Assembly (NCBI GenBank): GCA_964584265.1
Contig: CAZOZI010000001.1
Coordinates: forward strand, 1,623-65,622
Source of the DNA: an uncultured Candidatus Saccharibacteria bacterium
Lineage (GTDB): Bacteria; Patescibacteriota; Saccharimonadia; Saccharimonadales; CAYVSP01
Direction: 5' to 3'
Length of the DNA stretch: 64,000 bases
Both the position numbers and the translations under genes were made by a program. Position 1 is the stretch's first letter. Every line of letters starts with the position of its first letter. The notes under the pieces are model-generated. The model was not told the origin of the DNA, did not search any database, and saw only the letters and a program-made list of their open reading frames with translations. Below are positions 48,919 to 58,700 of the stretch, one piece after another.

Positions 48919-50199
48919 ATGCATGTAAAAAAGAATCTTGTTAAGGACAACGAAGCGGTAATTCAAATTGTCGCCAATGAGGCTGATCTTGCATCAATCA
49001 AGCATCATGTGCTTGAGCATTTGCAGAAAAAGGTTAAAGTTACGGGCTTTCGTGAAGGCAAGGCACCACTAGCCTTAGTTGAAAAAAATACTGATGAGTC
49101 CGTGCTGCAAACAGAATTTCTGGAAGAAGCAATTAATCATTTATACATGAGTGCTGCTAAAGAACTAAGGCTCAAGCCGCTGAGCCAGCCAGAAGTTTCA
49201 CTGCAGAAATTTGTGCCCTACACTCAGCTTGAGTTTGAGGCTAAGGTTGAAGTAATTGGCGATATAACCTTGCCAGATTATAAAAAGATGAAGCGGGTAA
49301 AAAAGGCGGTTACGATTACGACAAAAGACGTTAATGAAGTGCTAAAGAGCTTGCAACTAAGAGCAGCTAGCAAGCAACCTGTCAGCCGGGCTGCTAAAGA
49401 TGGCGATGAGCTAGTCATAGACTTTACCGGTAAAGATGCCAAAGGTGAGCCGGTCAGCGGTGCAGAAGCCAAAGACTATCCGCTGCTACTTGGTAGTGAT
49501 TCTTTTATTCCAGGCTTTGAACCCGAACTAATGGGGCTCAAGGCTGGTGACGAAAAAACATTTACTATCAAATTCCCAAAAGATTACGCAGTTAAAGCGA
49601 TTGCCGGCAAAGCCGTCACCTTCAGCGTTACTGTTAAAACTGTTAATGAAGTAGCGGAGCCGACTTTAGACGATAGTTTTGCGAGCAAAATCGGGCCTTT
49701 CAAAACATTGAGTGAGCTTAAGCTGGATATAAAAAAACAGCTCGGTGTAGAACGGCAAAATGAAGCTGACAGGCAATTTGAAAATGATCTTGTGAACGAT
49801 ATAGCTGCCAAATCGCAGGTCTCAGTACCAACTCGACTTATTGATGAACAAATTGATCTAATGGAGCAAGAAGAGCGTCAAAACCTTACCTATCAAGGCA
49901 AAACTTGGCCAGAACACCTGAAAGAAGAAGGACTAAGTGAAGAACAGCACCGTGAGCAAAAACGGCCACAGGCCGAAGATCGAGTCAAGGCTGGTCTAGT
50001 TTTAAGCGAAATTGCTGAGCATGAAGAACTTATTGTAACTCCGGAAGAATTGGAAGTTCGTCTACAGCTCCTCAAAGGTCAATATAAAGACCAAGCTATG
50101 CAGTCTGAGCTGGACAAACCAGAGAATCGCCGAGATATTGCCTCACGTATTTTGACTGAGAAAACCCTGCAAAAGCTAACTGAATATACTGGTGCGTAA
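48919..50199 (+). CDS. tig: Trigger factor
   Basis: GFREGKAP ribosome-binding motif, FKBP domain (IDFTG, FIPGFE..L.G, FPKDY). Confidence 0.96.
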   Translation: MHVKKNLVKDNEAVIQIVANEADLASIKHHVLEHLQKKVKVTGFREGKAPLALVEKNTDESVLQTEFLEEAINHLYMSAAKELRLKPLSQPEVSLQKFVPYTQLEFEAKVEVIGDITLPDYKKMKRVKKAVTITTKDVNEVLKSLQLRAASKQPVSRAAKDGDELVIDFTGKDAKGEPVSGAEAKDYPLLLGSDSFIPGFEPELMGLKAGDEKTFTIKFPKDYAVKAIAGKAVTFSVTVKTVNEVAEPTLDDSFASKIGPFKTLSELKLDIKKQLGVERQNEADRQFENDLVNDIAAKSQVSVPTRLIDEQIDLMEQEERQNLTYQGKTWPEHLKEEGLSEEQHREQKRPQAEDRVKAGLVLSEIAEHEELIVTPEELEVRLQLLKGQYKDQAMQSELDKPENRRDIASRILTEKTLQKLTEYTGA

Positions 50200-50202
50200 A
50201 CT

Positions 50203-50493
50203 ATGTCTGAACAAAGTCATACATTTCCTCGGGAACTTCATCCATGGATAGGTGAGAATCACAGCGGCTTACCAATATGGCGGTGTATAGATGCAGCCGA
50301 GGATGCATCTTCAACGAGCGATGTTCACTATTACTTTTTTATAGACGGACTAGGGGTAGGCTATATTAGAGAGCTGAATGGTCTCTACTTTGCTTCCCGA
50401 GAAGGTGATGCAAGAGGTACGTTTATTGGTCCTTTAATACCTGAAGAAGCGGTTAATTTAGTTGAGAGTTACCAACCGACAATGGAAGAATAA
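50203..50493 (+). CDS. Hypothetical protein between tig and clpP
   Basis: 96-aa ORF starting 3 nt after the tig stop. Confidence 0.55.
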   Translation: MSEQSHTFPRELHPWIGENHSGLPIWRCIDAAEDASSTSDVHYYFFIDGLGVGYIRELNGLYFASREGDARGTFIGPLIPEEAVNLVESYQPTMEE

Positions 50494-50494
50494 A

Positions 50495-50521
50495 TTAGCA
50501 CTCTCACTTGACGAGTGCTAA
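50495..50521 (+). promoter_or_regulatory. Perfect CIRCE (HrcA operator) overlapping the clpP -35 box
   Basis: TTAGCACTC-TCACTTGAC-GAGTGCTAA. TTGACG at 50508, TATACT at 50532. Confidence 0.95.
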
Positions 50522-50546
50522 TTTATTGCTGTATACTTTTTTGCAT

Positions 50547-51158
50547 ATGAGTAATCCAACCAGTCAAATCTTAGTTCCAACTGTTATTGAAACTGAAGGA
50601 CGCATGGAGCGCGCCTACGACATTTACTCACGGCTTTTAAAAGATCGCATCATTTTCATCGGTGACGACGTTAATCCGCACACTGCAAATTTGATTGTCG
50701 CACAACTTTTATTCCTCGATAATGACGATAGCAAGAAAGACATTTTTCTATATATTAATAGCCCAGGCGGAAGTGTTTATGACGCTCTTGCTATCTTTGA
50801 CACCATGCAATTTGTTAAGTCTGATATTCAAACTTTCGGCATTGGTGTTCAGGCCAGCGCAGCCGCATTTCTACTAAGCAGCGGCACTAAAGGGAAGCGT
50901 TTCTTGCTACCTCATGCTACCGTCATGATTCACCAACCTTCCAGTGGTACACGCGGTAAGGTAACGGATCAAGAAATTGACTTAAAGGAAGCTTTACGTG
51001 TTAAGAGGCTAATGGAACAAATTATGGCAAAAAACACTGGCCAAAAACTCGATAAAATCCACAATGACATGGAGCGCGACTTCTGGTTGACTGCTGAAGA
51101 AGCCAAGAAATATGGTTTAGTGGACGGCATCGTCTCCAACCCGCCCAAACTTAGCTAA
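50547..51158 (+). CDS. clpP: ATP-dependent Clp protease proteolytic subunit
   Basis: [24 protein letters not shown] (catalytic Ser), MIHQP, ERD..L.A.EA..YG. ATG at 50547. Confidence 0.97.
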   Translation: MSNPTSQILVPTVIETEGRMERAYDIYSRLLKDRIIFIGDDVNPHTANLIVAQLLFLDNDDSKKDIFLYINSPGGSVYDALAIFDTMQFVKSDIQTFGIGVQASAAAFLLSSGTKGKRFLLPHATVMIHQPSSGTRGKVTDQEIDLKEALRVKRLMEQIMAKNTGQKLDKIHNDMERDFWLTAEEAKKYGLVDGIVSNPPKLS

Positions 51159-51221
51159 AATTCTCATGGTTTTAGATGACATTTTGTGTATGCTATTCTC
51201 GAGCATGAATGGAGTTTTGAT

Positions 51222-51950
51222 ATGGCTCATGAGTCAATAGACGTACGCGGGTTGAACTTTGTAGTCTTGCGCCCAAGGGATTTACCTGAAAGTGCATGGG
51301 ATGAATATACTGAACTTGAACGACGTGGATACACAGCAGACTTTGCAAATCGAACGCCAGAGGAGATTGACCACTTCCTAGACGTTGATGGTAATCCTAG
51401 TTTTAAAGCTAGAAGGTTGGATCCAAACACTACAGTTGGCAACAGATTTTATGCGGGCCAAGAGTTTTTCAGCCCAAAACTGGTATTAGCTCTGACTGAA
51501 CATGGTGATATGGTGGCATCGGCTTATAGTGTCGGGAATGTCTCGGGAGGATCTTCGTTCACTCGACAGCTCAAACACCTTAGTCCAGTACACAACTATA
51601 CGGCTTTACACTCGGTTGTCGAAGCGCCAGAATTTCAGGAACGCGGCTTAATGGAAGTGCTTGTAGCCCTGTCGTTTCACGGCCTGCGCCGCTTCAAACC
51701 AAGTGCTGTTTATCCGCTTGTAGAAGAAAAAGACTTTTTGTTTCGGATGCAGAATATTGGCTATAGGCTAACAACAGAACAGCCAGAGCCTAAATCATAT
51801 TTTGGAACTGTGGAAAATGGCCACCAGCCAGGCTGGCAGCTACGCTATGCGGTGCGCGCTGGGCAACTAGTCATTTGGAATGTATGGGGTTTGCCAGGTG
51901 GTAATGAAGCGCTAGAGCAAGCGCGAAACAACCTTCGTACGCAACTCTGA
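51222..51950 (+). CDS. Putative GNAT-family acetyltransferase
   Basis: VVEAPEFQERGL resembles GNAT motif A. Later FRMQNIGY. SD GGAG before the ATG at 51222. Confidence 0.55.
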   Translation: MAHESIDVRGLNFVVLRPRDLPESAWDEYTELERRGYTADFANRTPEEIDHFLDVDGNPSFKARRLDPNTTVGNRFYAGQEFFSPKLVLALTEHGDMVASAYSVGNVSGGSSFTRQLKHLSPVHNYTALHSVVEAPEFQERGLMEVLVALSFHGLRRFKPSAVYPLVEEKDFLFRMQNIGYRLTTEQPEPKSYFGTVENGHQPGWQLRYAVRAGQLVIWNVWGLPGGNEALEQARNNLRTQL

Positions 51951-51984
51951 AACCAGTTGATTAATCTTAAAAACAAATAAGTTG

Positions 51985-52013
51985 TTGACATGAGAAATCT
52001 CATTGTTTAGACT
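51985..52013 (+). promoter_or_regulatory. Sigma70 promoter of rpoBC
   Basis: TTGACA-N17-TAGACT, with a palindrome in the spacer. Confidence 0.75.
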
Positions 52014-52148
52014 GTACATTAAGAAGTAGTGTATGCTGGGCAGTGCTTATGTTGTCGTAAATAGAGCACTTAAAAACTCCCACTTAGTAATCTTCGCGCG
52101 AAAAAAGCCATTATTTAGCCAAGTTTATAAAGAAGGAGCAGTGCCAGC

Positions 52149-55100
52149 GTGCCCCGAGTAAAGACAACCTTACCTAAAAAACAAACACGTACTTATTTCA
52201 GTGATATAGATGATGCCCTTGAACTACCTAATCTGGTTGATCACCAGAATCGCTCTTTTCAATGGTTTGTAGAAGAAGGTCTGGGCGAGCTACTGTCTGA
52301 AGTCAGTCCAATTGATGACTATACCGGCACTAAATTGAGCCTAAGGTTCAAGGACTATCGTTTTGAAGCCCCAAAAATGACAGAAGCTGAGGCTCACGAG
52401 AACAACGTGAGCTTTGAAGCACCGCTAAAAGCCAAAGTTGAGTTAGTTAACAAAGTAACCGGTGAAGTAAAAGAACAAGAAATCTATTTAGGCGATTACC
52501 CATGGATGACCACTCGCGGTACTTTTGTTATAAACGGAGCTGAGCGCGTTGTTGTTTCACAATTAATTCGTTCAGCAGGCGTGTTCTTTACGGCTGATGC
52601 CCACGGTAGTACCAACCTGTATGGCGCAAAGGTTATTCCTGGGCGTGGGGCGTGGCTGGAGTTTGAAACTGCCGCCAACGGAGCACTTTATGTCAAGATC
52701 GACCGCAAACGAAAGATACCTGTAACCACGTTGCTTCGAGCTCTGGGACTGAGTGACGCCGAAATGCGTGAACGCTTTAAACACGTTGATCAAGGCAGCC
52801 TCAACTATCTGACTGCCACACTAGAAAAAGACCTAGCTAAGGGCAGCCAGGAAGCTCTCATTGAAGTTTATCGTCGTTTGCGACCAGGTGATTTGGCAAC
52901 AGTTGATAATGCTCGCAGCTTGTTAGAAAACATGTTTTATAACTTCAAACGTTTTGATTTCAGCCGTGTTGGTCGTTACAAGATTAATAAGCGTCTCAAT
53001 CTAGATGTAACGAATACGATTGAGAATCGTGTTATGCGTCTTGAAGATCTAGTGGCAATCGTGGCCGAAATTATGCGGCTCAATAACACCCAGGACCCTG
53101 CTGACGATATTGATTCACTGGCCAATCGACGCGTTAAGCTCGTAGGTGAGCTGGTGCAACGCCAATTCCGTATTGGCCTGCTTAGAATGGAGCGTAACAC
53201 TAAAGATCGTATGAGTATGAGCGAAATCGAGACTGTCACACCTGCTCAGCTTATCAATGCCCGGCCAGTGGTTGCAGCCGTCAGAGAGTTCTTTGCCAGC
53301 TCGCAGTTGAGCCAATTCATGGATCAGATTAATCCACTCAGTGAACTTGCCCACAAAAGGCGCCTCAGCTCAATGGGTCCGGGCGGACTTAGCCGCGAAC
53401 GGGCTGGTTTTGAGGTGCGCGATGCGCACGCTACGCACTATGGACGTATCTGTGCCGTTGAAACACCAGAAGGCGCTAATATTGGACTAGTGCTTAATCT
53501 GGCCAACTATGCTCGTATTAATGACTATGGTTTTATAGAAACTCCATACCGTAAAGTTATTAACGCGGTTACGGCTAAAGCTGCTGTTGGCCATATTGCA
53601 GCCGTAAATCTTGAGAATGAAAAAGGTAAGGTGCTAGTAAAAGCGGGTGCCAAGATTTCGTCAGAAGTCGCTAAGCGCTTGGCAGCAGTTAAATCACGTG
53701 CAACTTGGCCAGTCAAAGCTCGTGTAACCGACGAGGTTGTCTATTTGGACGCCGCCGGAGAAGAGAGCGCCGTTATTGCCAGTGCAGGCGAAAAAATTGA
53801 TAACAAAGACTACTTTGTGAATGAACGCGTCAGTGCTCGTAGCCGTTTAGTGTCGGGTGAAATTGACGCCAACGAAGTTACGCACATGGATGCTTCGCGC
53901 CGCCAAATTATTGGCTCAAGTGCAGGTCTTATACCATTTATTGAGAAGAATTATGTCTATCGCTCCCTTATGGGTAGTAACCAACAGCGTCAAGCTGTGC
54001 CGCTCATCAAACCCTCAGCGCCTATTGTCGGAACAGGCATGGAGGCAGCGGTTGCACGTAATAGTGGACAAGTTATTCTAGCCGAAGAGGCTGGCCAAGT
54101 TCTTAAGGCTGCCGCTGATGAAATTGTTGTTCAGTATAAGAGTCGTAAAGCGACCTATCACCCATTGCACTATGTTCGCAGCAATGAAGGTACTAGCATC
54201 AATCACAAAGTAGCTGTCAGCACTGGCGATAAGGTTAAAGCTGGCGATGTTTTGATTGAAGGTATGTCTATTGAAAGCGGTGAATTGGCCCTGGGCAAAG
54301 ACCTGTTAGTTGCCTTTATGCCATGGTCTGGCTACAACTTCGAGGACGCCATTATTATTTCTCGCCGTTTGGTCGAAGACGACTCACTAACCTCAGTTCA
54401 CATTGTTGATTTCATGGTAGAAGTGCGTGAGACCAAATTAGGGCCGGAAATTGTTACCCGAGATATTCCAAATGTCTCTGAGGAAGCTCTGCGGCACCTT
54501 GACGAGGACGGTATTGTGCGTATTGGTGCAGAAGTGCACCCGGGCGATATTTTAGTTGGTAAAATTACACCCAAAGGCGAACAAGAGCTAAGCAGCGAAG
54601 AGCGCTTATTGCGCGCTATCTTTGGTGAAAAAGCTAAAGAGGTTCGTGATACGTCTCAGCGTATGAGTAACGGCAAGCATGGCAAAGTTGTTGGTGTAAA
54701 AGTTTTCAGCCGGGCTACAGGACATGAATTAAAAGCTGGCGTTATTATGCAAATTCAGGTTTTTGTAGCTCAAATGCGCAAAATTGCAGTAGGCGATAAG
54801 CTTGGCGGGCGGCACGGTAACAAGGGTGTTATTGCTAGGATTCTACCGATAGAAGATATGCCCTTTATGGAAGACGGGACACCGGTTGACATCGTTCTTA
54901 ATCCGCTCGGCGTGCCGTCGCGTATGAACGTTGGGCAGCTGTTTGAAACGCACCTTGGCATGGCAGCTAAGGCCTTGGGGATGAAGGTAGCCAGCCCTTC
55001 TTTTGATGGCGTACTGATTGAAAAAATTCAAAGTCTGCTAAAAGAAGCTGGTTTGCCCGAGGATGGTAAACAGCAACTCTATGACGGACGAACTGGGCAG

Positions 55101-55718
55101 TCCTTTAAAGAGCGCACCACAGTCGGGTCAATGTATATGATCAAACTTAACCATATGGTGACTGATAAAATTCATGCTCGTTCAACTGGTCCATACACCA
55201 TGGTCACCCAGCAACCACTTGGCGGTAAGGCGCAAAACGGTGGACAGCGCTTTGGTGAGATGGAAGTCTGGGCACTTGAAGCTTATGGTGCTTCCAACAC
55301 GCTACAAGAGATGTTGACTATTAAATCTGACGATGTTTATGGTCGCTCAAAAGCCTACGAGTCAATTATTAAACACACCGAAATTGTTGGTCCTAAAGTT
55401 CCCGAAAGCTTCAATGTGCTCGTTAAAGAGTTGCAAGGCCTGGGCTTAAAAGTTGATTTAATGAGCTCTGACAAGTTGATCGATGCTGAAGCTGTGTTAG
55501 CCGAGAACATTAAGGATGAGGCCGAGCACCAACCAGCCCTGGAAGTGCCAGCAGCACCAATTTCTGATATCGATATCACGGAAGATGCCTCAGCTGACGA
55601 ATTCGTGGTTATGGAGCTAGCAGATGATATACCTGCTACTACCGTAATCCCTACTAGTGATGGCGATGATAGCACGATAAGTATTACTGATGATGAAGAG
55701 CAGGAGGCAACGACATGA
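52149..55718 (+). CDS. rpoB: RNA polymerase beta subunit
   Basis: INGAERVVVSQL, SQLSQFMDQ.NPLSEL.HKRR, ETPEG.NIG, GDKLGGRHGNKG, GGQRFGEMEVWALEAY. Acidic C-terminal tail. SD AAGGAG. Confidence 0.99.
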   Translation: MPRVKTTLPKKQTRTYFSDIDDALELPNLVDHQNRSFQWFVEEGLGELLSEVSPIDDYTGTKLSLRFKDYRFEAPKMTEAEAHENNVSFEAPLKAKVELVNKVTGEVKEQEIYLGDYPWMTTRGTFVINGAERVVVSQLIRSAGVFFTADAHGSTNLYGAKVIPGRGAWLEFETAANGALYVKIDRKRKIPVTTLLRALGLSDAEMRERFKHVDQGSLNYLTATLEKDLAKGSQEALIEVYRRLRPGDLATVDNARSLLENMFYNFKRFDFSRVGRYKINKRLNLDVTNTIENRVMRLEDLVAIVAEIMRLNNTQDPADDIDSLANRRVKLVGELVQRQFRIGLLRMERNTKDRMSMSEIETVTPAQLINARPVVAAVREFFASSQLSQFMDQINPLSELAHKRRLSSMGPGGLSRERAGFEVRDAHATHYGRICAVETPEGANIGLVLNLANYARINDYGFIETPYRKVINAVTAKAAVGHIAAVNLENEKGKVLVKAGAKISSEVAKRLAAVKSRATWPVKARVTDEVVYLDAAGEESAVIASAGEKIDNKDYFVNERVSARSRLVSGEIDANEVTHMDASRRQIIGSSAGLIPFIEKNYVYRSLMGSNQQRQAVPLIKPSAPIVGTGMEAAVARNSGQVILAEEAGQVLKAAADEIVVQYKSRKATYHPLHYVRSNEGTSINHKVAVSTGDKVKAGDVLIEGMSIESGELALGKDLLVAFMPWSGYNFEDAIIISRRLVEDDSLTSVHIVDFMVEVRETKLGPEIVTRDIPNVSEEALRHLDEDGIVRIGAEVHPGDILVGKITPKGEQELSSEERLLRAIFGEKAKEVRDTSQRMSNGKHGKVVGVKVFSRATGHELKAGVIMQIQVFVAQMRKIAVGDKLGGRHGNKGVIARILPIEDMPFMEDGTPVDIVLNPLGVPSRMNVGQLFETHLGMAAKALGMKVASPSFDGVLIEKIQSLLKEAGLPEDGKQQLYDGRTGQSFKERTTVGSMYMIKLNHMVTDKIHARSTGPYTMVTQQPLGGKAQNGGQRFGEMEVWALEAYGASNTLQEMLTIKSDDVYGRSKAYESIIKHTEIVGPKVPESFNVLVKELQGLGLKVDLMSSDKLIDAEAVLAENIKDEAEHQPALEVPAAPISDIDITEDASADEFVVMELADDIPATTVIPTSDGDDSTISITDDEEQEATT

Positions 55719-58700
55719 TTCGACGCTATAACCATGGTACCAATATTGCTGACTTTGACGCCGTCCGCTTAGCTGTGGCTAGTCCTGAGGATATTTTAGA
55801 GTGGAGTCACGGTGAAGTTACAAAGCCGGAGACCATCAATTATCGAACCCAAAAGCCTGAACGTGACGGTCTATTCTGCGAGCGAATTTTTGGACCAGTT
55901 AAAGATATTAATCCTCATGATGCCAAATATAAAGGGGTTCGCTCACGCGAAGCCGCCGTTGACAAAAACGGTGAGTTGGTAACACGAAGCATCGTGCGCC
56001 GCGAGAGAATGGGGCATATTTCACTTGCTAGTCCGGTTGCTCATATCTGGTTTTTGCGCGGCACACCTTCTGCCATAGGGCTTGTGCTTGGAATGACCGT
56101 TAAAAACCTGGAGCGAGTAGCGTATTTTGCCAGCTATATTATAAAAACCGTAGATATCAAAAAGCGCGATGCTATGCTGGCCGATAAAGAAGCTGAATTT
56201 ACGGCTGCTAAAGAAGCTATTCGGCTGCGCTATGAGAAAGAAGCCAAAGTTCCAGAGATTGATGTTAAGCAGCTGGCTGAAAAGCAAAATAAAGAAACCG
56301 AAGAGCTTACCAAGGACTATGAGCAAACAAAGGCCCAGCTTGACGCTCTGAACCGTTTTAACTTGATTAGTGAAACCGATTTTCGTAATCTGCCAGACGA
56401 AGTACAAGCACTAGTCAGTGTGGGAATGGGCGGAGCAGCCCTTAAGGAACTGCTAGACGAGGTAGAGCTCGATAAGTTGATTGCTGAGCTCACTAAAGAA
56501 GCTGAAGAAGCCAAGGGTCAACGTAAGAAGAAGATTATGAAGCGTTTAAGGCTGCTCGAGAGCATGCACCGCGCTGGCATCAAATCAAGCAGCTTATGCT
56601 TGAGTGTTTTACCAGTCATCCCGCCTGATTTACGGCCAATGGTACAACTTACTGGTGGTCGTTTTGCTACCAGCGATTTAAATGATCTATACCGACGTGT
56701 CATCAACCGCAACAATCGCCTTAAGAAACTAATTGAACTAAACGCGCCTGAAGTAATTCGCCGCAATGAGCAACGTATGCTGCAAGAAGCTGTTGATGCT
56801 CTGGTTGATAATAATAACGCGCGCAGCGGCCGTGCTGTGGCGGCAACTGGTCAAAGGCGCCGTCTCAAGAGCCTCAGTGATATGTTGAAGGGTAAACAAG
56901 GACGTTTCCGCCAAAATCTGCTCGGCAAACGCGTAGACTACTCCGGTCGTTCTGTTATAGTAGCTGGCCCAGAATTAAAAATTGATGAGTGTGGCTTGCC
57001 AAAAATGATGGCATTGGAACTGTTTAAGCCTTTCGTCATAGGACATCTTATTGAGCAAGAACATGCACACAATATTCGCAGTGCAACACGCATGATAGAA
57101 ACCGGAGAAACGGCTGTATGGGATGCACTTGACGAAGTCATTAAAGGTAAATATGTATTACTTAACCGCGCGCCTAGCTTGCACCGACTCAGCATACAAG
57201 CTTTCCAGCCAGTATTAATTGAAGGTAAGGCTATCCAGTTACACCCATTGGTATGCAAAGGCTTTAATGCTGACTTTGACGGCGACCAAATGGCTGTTCA
57301 CTTGCCTTTGAGCGATGAGGCACAAGCGGAAGCAAGAGATATCATGGCAAGTAACAAAAACCTCTTAAAACCGGCAGATGGCTCGCCAATTCTGCACATC
57401 GAGCAAGATATTGTGCTGGGCTGTTACTATCTAACATATGAAAAGCCAAATCGGAAAGAGATTAAACCCCGTAGCCTTGCTACGATCGCTGAGGCGATTA
57501 TGGCTCACGATGCAGGAGTAATTGAGCTGCAAAGTCGTATCCGTGTCCCTATGCGTGGCAGCGTGCATGAAACAACTCTAGGTCGGCTTTTGTTTAATGA
57601 GATCTTCCCAGAAGACTTCCCTTTCCAGGATGAAGCAATGACCAAGAAAAAGTTGCAGCAGGTGATGGCGCAGGTATATCAGGCCTATGGCCAGTTGCGA
57701 ACGGCAGAAATTGCTGATGATCTAAAAGATATTGGCTTTGCTTATGCAACACGCTCTGGGTTGTCAATGGGGATGGGTGACTTCAGCGACATTAAAGGAT
57801 TAGATAAACTACTTGCAGATGGTGAAAAAAGAGCCACGGACATAAGTGCTCAATACGACCAAGGTTTTATAACTGAAGAAGAAAGACATCGTTTAACGGT
57901 TGATAACTGGCAAAGCGTTGATGCTCATGTGCAAAACGTTTTAAGTGAACAGTTTGCTAACGAAGATAGTGCAATGTCCATTGCGGTGGTATCCGGGGCA
58001 CGCGGTAATATTGGCCAAGTTAAGACGGCCGTTGGTTTGCTTGGTATAACGACCGATGCAACCGGCCGTGCCATTGAGTTGCCGATTCGTTCTAACTACA
58101 AATATGGCCTCACACCGCTGGAATACTTCACTGCGACTCGTGGTGCACGCAAGGGTATGATTGACACTGCGCTTAAAACAGCTGATTCTGGCTATCTTAC
58201 ACGACGTCTCGTTGATGTCAGTCAGGATGTATTTACCCTTGATGAAGAGGCTCGTGACCCAGGTTTCGCACTATACCGTGAAGATGCGGATGAGATAGGC
58301 GTAAGCTATGCATCGCGTTTAAGCGGTCGCTTTGCATCTGAGACAGTCACCGGGCTACTCAAAAAAGGCCAACTTATTTCGCCAGAGGTAGCGGCTAAGA
58401 TTGAAGGTGATAATAAGCTTGATGGCATACGTATCATGAGTGTGCTCAGTACTACAAGCATTCGCGGCATTACGCGCAAGTCGTATGGCATTGATCCAGC
58501 AACTGGTGAGTTGGTAGCTGCACACCATCCTGTAGGTGTTATCGCTGCACAGAGTATTGGTGAACCTGGTACCCAGCTTACACTTAAGACCTTTCACTCT
58601 GGAGGTGTGGCCGGTGAAGATATCACGACTGGGCTCCCTCGTGTCGAAGAGTTATTTGAGGTTCGCACACCCAAGGGACAGGCCTTTTTGGCTGATATTG

